From Macrostomum lignano (lineage: Eukaryota): DNA of 64,000 bases. Of the stretch, positions 1 to 10,871 are shown piece by piece. The position numbers and the translations under genes are program-made. The notes under the pieces are model-generated. The model worked only from the letters and a program-made list of their open reading frames with translations. It had not been told where the DNA came from and did not search any database. The DNA lies in contig NIVC01003940.1 of the NCBI GenBank assembly GCA_002269645.1, forward strand, positions 1 through 64,000. Direction: 5' to 3'. Each line of letters opens with the position of its first letter. Position 1 is the first letter of the stretch.

Positions 1-368
1 TCGTGTTCTTCCTCCTGCGGCTTCGTCTCCTTTTCTTCATTAGACTGCTGTTCCGTCTCATCTTCTTCATCTTCTACCTTTCGTTCTACATGTTGGACCA
101 AGTCCTCCATAAACTGCTCCATCTCCCTTCTCAGCTCCTCTTCTCGCGTCGCCGTTCCTAATGCCTCGAAATCGATGTCGATTTGTAACTCTCTGTGGAC
201 TTCTCCCTTCTCCTCCTGCTGCCGGTCCAATTTCTGCCTTTCATACGTTTCTCCACATTCTGCCAACTGCACTGCCCTAATTCGCGGGGGCTCGTTCTCT
301 TCTCGACTAGTTCTGCGCTGGCCGTAGATTCTCTTCCTAGGGTACACGCGCAATGGTGCGTCGGCCAT
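1..368 (-). CDS. Polinton accessory ORF, Glu/Arg-rich predicted coiled coil; runs off the window start
   Basis: Manual translation from ATG at 368: MADAPLRVYPRKRIYGQRRTSREENEPP...EEELRREMEQFMEDLVQHVERKVEDEEDETEQQSNEEKE, no stop to position 1. Starts 2 nt after the stop of the 371-880 ORF. Confidence 0.6.
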   Translation of the reverse strand, partial: MADAPLRVYPRKRIYGQRRTSREENEPPRIRAVQLAECGETYERQKLDRQQEEKGEVHRELQIDIDFEALGTATREEELRREMEQFMEDLVQHVERKVEDEEDETEQQSNEEKETKPQEEEH

Positions 369-370
369 AG

Positions 371-880
371 TTATTCAGATTTGAGCTGCAAGAGGTTGAA
401 TGGGTTAAACAACGCCGCTATCCTCTGTACATAACTCTTCTGGTTCGGCCTGACAGTTAATCTATCCGGAGCATGACGCTCTCTGGCCTCAGGTGCCGGC
501 TTGAAGAGCTTGTCCAAACGGGAGGCAAACATCCGGCGCCACAGTTCAGGCGTGAATTCGATCGTGTAGCGCCAATTAAACTTTGGGTCCACGTTGAGCC
601 AATCGCGCAGCAAACGAATCCTTCCTTGCGAAGCCTCGACAGCCTTGAAATTGCCCAACACGACCCGCTTGTACACGTGAAGGCGGGCAGCAGCCTCCAG
701 GTCAGGGCGTGCAGACTCGAGCTTCTTCCACTCTGGTTCGGTCAAGTAGATTGCAGGGAAGCCGTCCTTCCACACTCCAGCCTCGTTGGTGCAGAGACGC
801 CGAATTTCAATCAAGTTGTGCTCAGTTTTAAATGTGGGCTTCCGCGCCACAAAGTTTTCGTATAGAGAGTTAGAAGACAT
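371..880 (-). CDS. Polinton ORF with a PC4/Sub1-like ssDNA-binding fold (169 aa)
   Basis: IEIRRLCTNEAGVWKDGFPAIYLTEPEWKKLESARPDLEAA resembles the PC4 pattern (DIR..Y...GEW.PG..GISL..EQW..L). ATG start, upstream TATA. Fold assignment is by eye. Confidence 0.6.
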   Translation of the reverse strand: MSSNSLYENFVARKPTFKTEHNLIEIRRLCTNEAGVWKDGFPAIYLTEPEWKKLESARPDLEAAARLHVYKRVVLGNFKAVEASQGRIRLLRDWLNVDPKFNWRYTIEFTPELWRRMFASRLDKLFKPAPEARERHAPDRLTVRPNQKSYVQRIAALFNPFNLLQLKSE

Positions 881-1118
881 GATTTAGCAGCAGCAGCAGA
901 GAGCTCTCTGGCAGCCGTGCAGCGCCTTATATACCCCCGGATGGAGGGTGGGGTGGGTGGTGATTTTGGGGTGATTTTTGATGATTTTGGTTGGTTTTTG
1001 GCGATTTGACCAATAACCAGCAAGCTGGGCAGATTTTTTAGTATATATACAGACCCCCAGAACAGGGATAGAGAGATAATGCTTCTCTCTCCGCTCTCTC
1101 ACACTCTCTGTTTGCAAA
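881..1118. promoter_or_regulatory. Divergent promoter between the PC4-like ORF and pPolB
   Basis: TATATAA on the minus strand at 933-927 and TATATATA on the plus strand at 1042-1049, each 45-70 nt upstream of an ATG (880 and 1119). Confidence 0.55.
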
Positions 1119-4100
1119 ATGTCAAAGCGCAGCGCAGCACCAACTGCTTTCCTGGCTGATAAGAGGCAGCGTCTTTATGGTAAGTTTTTAATTAATTTCT
1201 GGCCAGTTGTTTATCAGTCTAGACTAGAGTTGCTAGGGTGGGGTGCTGCGGCAGGAGGTGAGCTGCTGCGACAGCTGCAGGGGTTTAGCGCTGTCTAGAC
1301 AAGTTTCAGCACGGTGAGCTGCGCGTGTAAACAAAGACTGGGGCTGCAGATAGGGTGCGTGTACGTAGCTGCCCAGACAAGCTGCAGCTGAGGTGCTGAT
1401 AAGAAATTGCTGCAAAAACAGATAATCGTTGGGTGCGGTGACAGAGAGTTTCTGGGGAGACTAGACATGATTTAGCAGCAACAGCTGCAGGATCCATGGG
1501 AATTGGAGGGGTGCAGCAGAGTAAACAACAAAGACTGGCGCTGCTGCGCTGGCTACACGGGTCTAGACTAGAGTCACTAGGCAGGGGGGTACGTTGCTGA
1601 TAAGAAATTGGCAGAGGCTGTAACAGATAATCGTTGGGGTAAAATTGCAGACAAGTTTCAGCAGCGCGGTGGCAGAGAGTTGCTGGGTCTGATAATCGGT
1701 GTGCGGGGACAGCGTGATCTCTGATAAGAAATTGGTGCAGATAGGGCGCTGCCCAGACAGGCTGCAGCTGGGGTACAGATAAGAAATTGGCAGGGGCTGT
1801 AACAGAGAGTTGCTGGGGCGGGCTAGACACGTTTCAGCAGCAACAGCTGCAGGGTCTGTGGGCAGCAGAGTAAACAAAGACTCTTGCAGAATAGAGTTGG
1901 TGAATTGCTGCTTGCTGCGACATAGGGCTGATAGGAACTTGCTAGGGCGGGGGAACACGCTGGGGCCGGGAAAATGACAGATTCTTCTGGTTTGTTATCT
2001 CCTTGTGTTTTTTCAGACGCGTTTGTCCCGCCTGTACAGCCAGAATCTGTTACCGGACCGGGTGAGTTATCTAGCCCCCATTCCCAGACAGACCCGGGCT
2101 GACTCACACTCCCCTTCATTCCCTGCAGGTTTTACGGCCCGGCTAGATAATCAGCGCGAGCTGCCCAAGTTTAGGGCAAAGGGTGTTGAGTATGTGGTGC
2201 GTATTAGTAACACCGAAGATTTACGCTAGACATTCGCTAGTATGCTCGAAGTTTTCAAGCAGGATTTGGCGGGGAAGACTTTATGGCCGCGAAATTCGAG
2301 AGCGACAACATGCTCAAAGCCGCCCATACTCCCCCAGTGCGTGCAGCCCGCATGACAGCCGAATTATTATTCAAGCACATTGACAAGATTGTGCAGTCGG
2401 AGGCAACTGTCTTGACGGGCAACTTTTCTATCCGACTGCTAAAGGCCTGGGTGCCTCGAGGTGGCTGCTCCCTCGAGAACAAGCATCTGGAGGACCGCCT
2501 GCGAGCGCTTGTTGTCGCCTGCGCCTACCTGCAATTTGTGGCCAAGACAATCACCGAGCAACTGTGGCGCACGATCAAGGCTAATTCACCCAAGCAGACT
2601 AAGCTGGTGGCTCAGCTGCAAATCAAAGCCGGTCTCTACACGGTAAGTTGGGCACTGATTTTCCTGATAAGAATTACTAAAAGAACCATTTTTCTGCTAT
2701 TTTCATGGATTACTAAAATAATTTTTACATAGTATCATGGAATACTAAAAGAAACCATTTTCTGATAGGAATTTTTACATAGTATCAGGGAATACTAAAA
2801 TAAATATTTTACCCCCCACACAGACCGTCTCGCAGGCCGGTCCTTTCGGGTGGATGTACTACCCGAGGCGATCCGTGCCCTGAACCGGCTGCATCCTGGC
2901 CACAACTTTGGTGTACGAGTGTACCGGGCAGAGGAGGCCAACAGGTGCATCTTCAACCTGCCTGGCACCGAGATTCTGCACCTCCACCTGATTGAGCAGC
3001 ACTTCAATGTGGTTACCAAGCTGCCAGCGTTTTTCGGCAGCCACCACTACTGCTCCAAGTGCGAGATAGCCTATGACTGCACCAACGCTGAGCACAAGTG
3101 TGCTGACGCCTGGAGTACATGCAAGACGCCGGGCTCCAACTGCAAGGTCAACCGCGCATATGTGAGATGCCATGATTGCGGGCTAAATTGTTATAATGCT
3201 CAGTGTCTAGAGAATCACAAGCGCAAGAATAAGGCGGGTAGATCTCGCTGTGATTCAGTCCACGTTTGCGGCACGTGTGGCTATCTAGAAGAACTGAAAG
3301 TAGGCCAGGCCCGAGCATCAGTGCGGTCACTCCAAGTATCCAGTCTGCAAGCAGTACGACGAAACAGCCACCTACGAGTGCTTTGTCACCCCGCCCAAAG
3401 CCAAAGAGTCTAGCGCCCCGTACGTTTACTACGATTTCGAGACGTACGTTGACTCTGGCAAGCAGCACCGGGTACACTTGGTTACGGCAGCTACCTCCTG
3501 CGAGGCGTGTCCCAAACTCTTCCCCAGGCCCCGCTGCAGCGCGTGCGGGGGTTGCACCGCTCAGCCAATTGCATTGCGGGACGCGATTTGGCGCGCGATT
3601 TTACGAGCTGTGTCTCCCACAGTGACTGTGCTTGCGGGATGCGAGAGTTTTTATCAGTCGGGCCTCACTCTATCGATGCATTTTACTGCTGGCTGACTAG
3701 CGTGTTCAAGCAGGGGGCAATTGCTATTGCGCACAATGGCTCTGCGTATGACGCATTCCTCCTGCTCGGAGCCCTACTCAATGGACTGGCCAAGAAAAAG
3801 CCCCAGGTAATCTTCTAGAACAGTCGCCTGATGTACATGAAGAGTGACAAGGTCACGTTCAAGGACAGCCTCAACTTTATCCCTATTGGTCTGGCGCAAT
3901 TCCCAAAGGCACTTGGTTTGGGCACCCAACTGACCAAAGGAGATTTCCCGCACGTGTTTAATCAGCCGCAAAACTGGGGCTACGTAGGACCCTACTGCTC
4001 GATTGATATGTACGGAGGGAAAAAGAATAAGCAACACGACTCCATCGCTGACTGGCTGGCCCAGCAGGAAGGCCGAGTGTTTAATTTCAACAAGGAGTAC

Positions 4101-6188
4101 CTGGACTATTGCCTGCAGGACACGCTAATATTGCGGGAAGGCTGTCTAAAGTACGGCCGCCTGATTAAGGACATTTGCGGACTGGACGCATTTGTCCAAT
4201 CCGACACCATTGCGGGCTTGGCCATGGCAGTATTCACCATTAAGTTTATGGTGCCCAACACTCTTGGGGTGATTTCTCGCCGGTCAGATGTGCAGTCGCA
4301 CAAGGCGCGGTGCTGGCTTGCACATTTGAATGCAACCGAGTTTGGCGGCCGGTTGCGGACAGCCGACTCTGGCGGCGAGGCTTTCGCCATAGGCCGAAAG
4401 GTGTATGGCTTCGACCCAGAGACTAGGACGGTGCTCCAGTTTCATGGCTGCTTCCACCATGGCTGTCCCAAGTGCTTCCCCAACGGCGACGTGCTGCACC
4501 CGCTCAAGAACCAGCCAATGCGGGCAATTTATGAGGAGACTGAGCGCTTCACCCGGCTGCTCTCTACAGCCTACAATGTACGTGTTCTGTGGGAGCACGA
4601 CTATCAGGGCGGGGGAGCGCCAGTCCAGCAGCCTATTCGTCTGGAGGAAGCCCTGTTTGGCGGCCGCACCGAGGCCTTTGTTCCGCACGCCGAGGCCACT
4701 GACACTGTGGAGCTGCGCTATAGGGATGTGGTAAGTTTTTTCAAAATTTCTCACACACACGCACACACACAGTTGACTTGCGTTTGAGTTTAGCCTACTC
4801 GACTAAGGTGTCGCTCTACCCGACTGTCAACAAGTTTGACAAGTACCCTGTCGGGCACCCGGTTCACCACCCCGAGCCTCATCTACTGGATGAGCAGCAG
4901 CTGGCTCGGTATTTTGGCATCGCCGAGGTGTCGATTCTGCCGCCAACCAATCTTCACATCCCGCTACTGCCCGCCAAGATTAGTAAGAAGCTTGTTTTTG
5001 GCCTCTGCCGCGTCTGCATGGAGACACAGTGCAGCAGCGAGTGTACACACACTGACGCTGAGAGAATGCTACGCGGCACGTGGTCGACCCCAGAGCTCCA
5101 CAAAGCCCTGCAGTTGGGTTACAAGCTGCAGTTAGTTCATGCCCTGGCGTATTGGACCGAGACTCGGTCCGGGCTGTTTGCAGATTATGTAAACACCTTT
5201 TTGAAGCTCAACGCCGAGTCTAGCGGTTCGCCGGGGATGACTGAGGGCGCCAAGGCTGCCTACATGGCCAGCTTTTTCGAGCGCGAAGGTGTCCGGCTTG
5301 ACAAGGTGGAAGAGAACCCTGGTCTGCGCTTTGTGGCCAAGATTTTTTTAAACTCGTAAGTTGGGGAGACCGTGTTTTTCTACTTACAGTAGCCAGATAT
5401 ACTAACTGCTAAAATTTATTTTTCCCTGCAGGCTCTGGGCAAATTCTGCCAGCGCGACGACTTGACCTCCACAGAGATTGTGGACAGCTACGAGGCGTGG
5501 CTCCAGCGTCTGACAGACCCCTCCATCAAGTTCAAGTCGTGCGAGCCTGTTGGGGAGAGCTTCATGATGCTCGAGTATAAGCCCCGATTTGGCGGTGCCA
5601 GCGAGCGAGCATTTAAGTACGCCAATGTACCAATTGGCGTTTTCACCACCTCCCATGCCCCGCTGCGACTCTACGAGGCTCTGGAGGGGCTAGGACCAGA
5701 GTCATTTACGCCGATACCGATTCGTAAGTAATTTTTTCACTGTCTCTGTCTCTCTTTCTCCCCCAACACTTTTTTATCCTCCTCCTCCTCCCAGGGTCGT
5801 ATACCGGTGCTCTCCGGGCGAGTACGAGCCTCCGGGCGGTTCGAGTTTGGGGCAGTGGACTGACGAGGTACCTGCCGGCTGCCGTATGGTACAGTTCACC
5901 ACTGGGGGCCCCAAGCTCTACCGCTATGTGGTGGAGAAGCCCGACGGGTCGGTGTACTCGGTACTCAAGTGCAAGGGCATCCGAGTCACACCCGAGATTT
6001 CCGAGCGCGAGGACGAGCTGCAGGAAATTCTGCGCCACGGCTGCTCTGTACGCCTGCCCCAGGTCCAGTTCAGGCGCGATATGGCTAGCTGTACAATCAG
6101 GACCCTGGAGATGGACAAGACTTTCCAGCGAGTAATGACTAAGAGAGTGTATGGGGCCGCCAGCCGTCCGTATGGCTTTCGGGAGTGA
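1119..6188 (+). pseudogene. Protein-primed family B DNA polymerase (Maverick pPolB with Vsr-like insertion), 7 exons: 1119-1179, 2017-2061, 2129-2642, 2824(or 2836)-4730, 4808-5355, 5432-5723, 5795-6188; disrupted
   Basis: Motifs: Cys-rich YCSKC..HKC, ExoI YYDFET, ExoII AIAHNGSAYD, KGDFPH, FHGCFHHGCPKC, GGRTE, motif A YRDV|VSLYP, motif B KIFLNS|LWGKF, motif C YADTDS|VVY, LGQWTDE, GGPKLY, KCKG. GT(A/G)AGT donors and pyrimidine-rich AG acceptors restore the motifs. In-frame TAG at 2227-2229 and 3816-3818 plus several 1-nt frameshifts. Confidence 0.9.
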
Positions 6189-7430
6189 GTGATAACGATC
6201 TGTCTTAGGGGAGCGGTTTTCGTGAGTGATAAGGATCGGTCTTTGTACGTCTCCCAGCCTGGGATTCCCCTATGTGCACACTTGGGATCCCTTCAAGTGT
6301 TAAAACTCCCATTTGACACCTCCAACCCCCTGTACATTGAGCGGGATTCCTTCAAGTGTTAAAACTCCCATTTGACACCTATTCCCCCGGGGCGGTTTGT
6401 AGCCCGTTGGTCCACCTCTTGGAGTAGAACTCCTGCAAAACGGACATAAACTGCTGCGCCGATTAGCGTCCCGATAGCGCAATCGAAATACGTTTCCGCT
6501 CCCGAGCCCTCTCACGGGTTCAATCGGGCTGAAAGATTTTGACGCGTTCAAAAGCGTCGTGATAATAATATATTGTGGGTTAGGGCGGCTAAAACCTCCC
6601 TTTTGTTTTTTGTTTAATGCACCTGTGGGCTAGACAATTGCAGCAATATTTACACCTGCAGCACCTACGTTTGTATAGCTTTATTAATCTGATATGTTTC
6701 AAAAGTGAATATTCTTTATACATATGAGTCTGTATTATACAACTATATATTTACGCCTGCTGATATTTGCACTCGCGCATGCATACCATTATTAATCCGA
6801 TATGTATCGAAAGTACACTTTGTAAACCTGCTTTATACATTAAACTGCTATGTATCGAAAGTAGACTTTGTAAACCTGCTTTATACATTAATCTGATATG
6901 TTCTTTACGCTTTATACACACATGTATTGAAAGTAAGTCTGCATTATACTTGTATCTACCTGTGTTTTATTAGCGCCTACTACACTAATATTGATTTTGT
7001 CTGCTTTACCGTCTGTCAATATATCGATAATATGCACCTACATTGTGTGTTTTTTTGCTGCTCATATACCTATTATGCGCCATTATTCACGCCTACCAAT
7101 ATGTTTTATCTACTTTTTTATGTAAATATACTCAATTTCGCCTACTATAAGTAGTTTTCACTAGCCTAATATCATTGACTACATATCGGTGTACACATAC
7201 ATATCGGGAGAGTGTACTGGGGAGAGTGTACTGGGAAGAGTGTACTGGGGAGAGTGTACACTCGGGGTGCCTGCGGCATACATATCGGGGTACATATCGG
7301 GAGAGTGCGCATACATGTCGGGAGGGTCGCCTGCGGCTGGACGGCGCTTGGCGCCACGCGCCTGCGGCGCGCGCGCGCCGAGCGCCGATATCGATACGCG
7401 TATCGATCACCTAGTGATCGGGGCGCCAGC
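6184..7430. repeat. Subterminal direct repeats and palindromes downstream of pPolB (probable Polinton TIR region)
   Basis: Duplicated GTGAGTGATAA.GATC.GTCTT (6184, 6222), TTCAAGTGTTAAAACTCCCATTTGACACCT x2 (6291, 6351), GTATCGAAAGTA.ACTTTGTAAACCTGCTTTATACATTAA x2, GAGAGTGTACTGGG x4 (7209-7262), and the palindrome ATCGATACGCGTATCGAT (7389-7406). Confidence 0.6.
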
Positions 7431-8127
7431 CAATGAGAGGCGAGGAGGGTTGACACCCACCTCACCTCCAAAATCAACGGAAACGGGGTTGTATAGTAGT
7501 GAGGTAGACCCAAAGTAGTGAGAGACCATATTTAAAATATTTCACTATGTACCCAAGGCCGGGCAATTTGAGGCCGCGGAGGCAATAGAGCTTGTGCATG
7601 TGGGAGAAATAATTTCTCTACACGGAGCCAGCGTGCCTGAGGCCGCCTGCTGGGGGAGAGATTTTCTCTCTCGAAGTCAGCGTGCTCGGGGGTCGCGTGC
7701 ATGGGAGAGAGAAGTAGCTATTATTATTATTCCATAATTATGAAATCAGTGAGGTTTGAATACCAGATTTCATGTTTTCTAGTAGAAGTTAATCTCAGTT
7801 TTTCAGGGCATTTTTTTCTCGAATACTGTGTTGGGATAGCTATTTCAGCCATAAGAGCTTTGTACGTCAATCGATTTTAGTATATGTTGATCTAAGGGGG
7901 ATTTGGTTGTCCCAGAAGCCCCATCATGACAACTACTATCCCGTTTAGATCAGTAGTTAAAATTATGACGATGAGGTAGTTGGTTTTTGGTATTAGGGCA
8001 TGATGTTTAAATAGATTTTAGTACTCGTAGATAATGATTTTTTGTTGCACCAGAAAAGGGGTAGTGGTTTTTTTCCCGAAACTTTGCGGAGGGAATTTGC
8101 ACCAGAACTCCCCTCATGACAACTTAG

Positions 8128-8324
8128 TGTCATAGTGGGTGTGTGTGTCTGAGTGAGTGAGTGAGTGAGTGTGTGTGTGTGTGTGTGTGTCAATCTTGTG
8201 TGTTTGCAAAGTGTCTGCCTGTCTATCTGTCTTTCTCTGTCTGTCTGTCTGTCTTTCTGTCTGTCTGTCTGTCTGTCTATCTGTCTTTCTGTCTGTCTGT
8301 CTGCCTGTCTATCTGTCTTTCTCT

Positions 8325-8358
<34 letters not shown>

Positions 8359-8423
8359 CTGTCTGTCTGTCCGTCTGTCTGTCCGTCTGTCTGTCTGTCT
8401 GTCTGGGTGTCTGTCTGTCTGGG

Positions 8424-8454
<31 letters not shown>

Positions 8455-8497
8455 GTGTCTGTCTGTCTGTGTGTCTGTCCGTCTGTCTGTCTGTCTG

Positions 8498-8546
<49 letters not shown>

Positions 8547-8547
8547 A

Positions 8548-8589
<42 letters not shown>

Positions 8590-8626
8590 GTCTGTCTGTC
8601 TGTCTGTCTGTCTGTCTGCCTGTCTT

Positions 8627-8658
<32 letters not shown>

Positions 8659-8676
8659 ACTGACTGTCTGTCTGAC

Positions 8677-8736
<60 letters not shown>

Positions 8737-8757
8737 CATCTATCTGTCTGTGTGTTT
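8128..8757. repeat. (GT)n/(GAGT)n followed by a long (CTGT)n microsatellite
   Basis: Seen directly in the sequence. Confidence 0.97.
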
Positions 8758-9514
8758 AGTTAGCAAACGCACGCACTCGTTTCTCTTTTTTCCGGACGCG
8801 CGCCCAACGGCGGCCCGCCCGCTTTTTATCTCAATCGCCTTAATTGTGGCCTCAGTCGTCTCAAACGGACAGACATGGGTCGCCGTTGGTGGCGCCTCCG
8901 GCCTTGGGGCCGCCGTTGCTCCCGCTGCTTTTTTTCGCTCTGCTGTCATTTAGCTGCAAATGGTTACAGAAATTCTAGTGAGTGTTTTTATATAATACCC
9001 GTGATTTTTGGCCAACCGTGCTTTTGTAAACAGGGTTGTCTGTCTTCTGCACCACGTAGAGGTCATCACAACGCAGGAGTGGTGATCTGGATGTTTGCAA
9101 AGTGACCATAAATACCCCAGAAAATTATGCAAAAATGAACTGTTAAGTAGACAGAGTCACAGCAATGAACCAGATCTTCTGCCACAGCATTTTCTGCAAA
9201 GCGGCCAGTCTTGCAAGAGACTGTAGGATTTCTTTACTTAGCATAAAATCGGTGATTTTAAGTTTAAAAAAGACTCCAAAAAGTTTTTTGTCGGCTCCAA
9301 GGACTAATTAACAACTACTTAACTACTTAACTTACTTAACGTGTTAAGTAGTCCTTGATTGGCTCTTAATTCGAATCAATACACGCTTAAGTAGCAGTTG
9401 AGCGGCCGAATAAAGTGATACTCTGAGCATTCGGATTGGCTGTTGTCTCTAAAGCTGAATGAGACGTGCCTGTCAGATTACTGTTAGCACTTGCGCTGCT
9501 GGATGTTGCGTTAG

Positions 9515-10015
9515 TCAGTACAGCAGGAGCTCCCTGCGGCTGCGCTTCCACTGTTGCACTGCTTCCATCCAGTGACGGAGGAAAAAAAACGTGTCGATAA
9601 GCGCTGATTCCAGGTCCAAGCTCGATGTCGTCAGAAATGCTACTGTAGTTATCAATCTCATCAGATTTGTCTGCCGATATTTTCGTTTCAGCTCTCGTGG
9701 CAGGTGTAGCAGCGCTCGGTAATTGACAAATACCAACTCAGTATTTTCCAACTGTTCGGCCACCTGAACGCATTCTGCCCTGTTTAAATGATGGGGTGAT
9801 TTAAAGTCGAGAGAATCTGCCGCATGCAAACCTGGTATTGTTTCGCTTGTCACTCTCCATTTGCTTCCAGGGAATGGGGCCTCTATTTCAAGCTCTCTTG
9901 AAAGCACTTCTGCCGCAGCTTCCATTCAGGTTTGAGCAGCGATTTTATCTTCTTGATAATATTCCTCTCCTTTCTTGATTACTTTAGAAAGCTGTTTCAC
10001 CGTTGCAGGTAATTC
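9515..10015 (-). pseudogene. Unidentified decayed ORF (136 aa, extended upstream through one TGA)
   Basis: ORF 9515-9925 continues in frame upstream (ELPATVKQLSKVIKKGEEYYQEDKIAAQT*) up to the Penelope fragment. No family recognised. Confidence 0.3.
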
Positions 10016-10039
10016 TCATCTCATCTGTTGGTATGGCTG

Positions 10040-10500
10040 GAGTGCTGGTGTCGTCTATTAATTTGTTTGCCCTGCTGAGCAGAGCCAGTCGTACATCGGT
10101 AAGACTGATCGACACAGGTGTGATCGACACCTGTACACTAGGATCGAGGAGCACCGCAAAAAGGCGAGAGCGATTCATGACCAGCTGCTAATGCGCTACG
10201 CGTGTGCCGACATCAAACATGATCAAAAGTTTAAAATTATTGATCGGATTTGACACCACCACAAACTAAATGTGTTGGAAGCCCTGTACATCAAACAGTT
10301 AAAGCCTACCCTGAATGTACAACTGACAGGAAGGGGGGCTAGCACTATCCTTAGAATTTTTTGACTATCCTACGGCTACTTAAACCTGGTTTTTAAACTC
10401 TTGGCCCGTACTTTCAAATTATTACAAAATATTGTCACCTGACCATGCTGACAGTTACAGCGAAACATGTTGTGAATAAAATAAAATAAAATATTTTCGT
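10040..10500 (+). mobile_element. 5'-truncated Penelope-like retroelement: GIY-YIG endonuclease and 3' pLTR end
   Basis: GVVY*FVCP...SYIGKTDRH..LYTRIEEHR...FKIID...KLNVLEALYIKQLKPTLNVQ, followed by CTGA..GAAAC and an AATAAA-rich tail (10475-10490). Confidence 0.85.
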
Positions 10501-10871
10501 CTTAATATTTGTCAACAATATCTATTGTTGTAAAGAATGCAAATGTTTACAATTATATTCTTGTTTTTGTGTATTTCTTAAGCGAAGCAGCATTCCTAAA
10601 ATTTACTTTTAATAAAAGTTTACTCACTTGCAACGCTGTGCTCGCTCTTAAACTGTTGGACTGTCCTATCAACCGTATCTGAGGGGAAACAACAGGGAAT
10701 TTTGCTGTTGTCAGTAAAAGAGTGAACGGTGTAATAAACAAAACTCAAATCAAATGACGCTCACTCAGATCAAATGTCACCTGACAGTGTTGCCCCGACT
10801 CTTGGCTCGCAACAATCGCATGGGCAATAAAAAATCGCAGCTACTTCGAAATAAAAAACATTGCTTTGAGC

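Larger units (their letters stand above)
1..7500. mobile_element. Polinton/Maverick (self-synthesizing DNA transposon / endogenous virus), partial; the rest lies left of the window and the right terminus is not pinned down
   Basis: Contains a Maverick-type pPolB gene, compact divergent ORFs (2-nt gap between ORFs at 368/371) and a repeat/palindrome-rich non-coding region after the polymerase. Integrase, ATPase and capsid genes are not in the window. Confidence 0.85.

Noticed and set aside
3805-3830. CAG|GTAAT...AG as another pPolB intron
   Set aside because: The frame is continuous across a single TAG (QVIF*NSRLMYMK) and fits the family motif, so it is a nonsense change, not an intron.
7925-7945. 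ACTACT as the Polinton right terminus
   Set aside because: Cannot be validated without the left TIR and TSD, which are outside the window.
8161-8763. SVCL-repeat ORFs (also 57697-58799 and 37827-38159)
   Set aside because: Translations of (CTGT)n microsatellites. Only the true ALDH exon parts of the 58-kb ORFs are coding.
8740-8949. Short minus-strand ORF (MTAERKKAAG...) as a host first exon
   Set aside because: No recognisable homology or clear donor; runs into the microsatellite.
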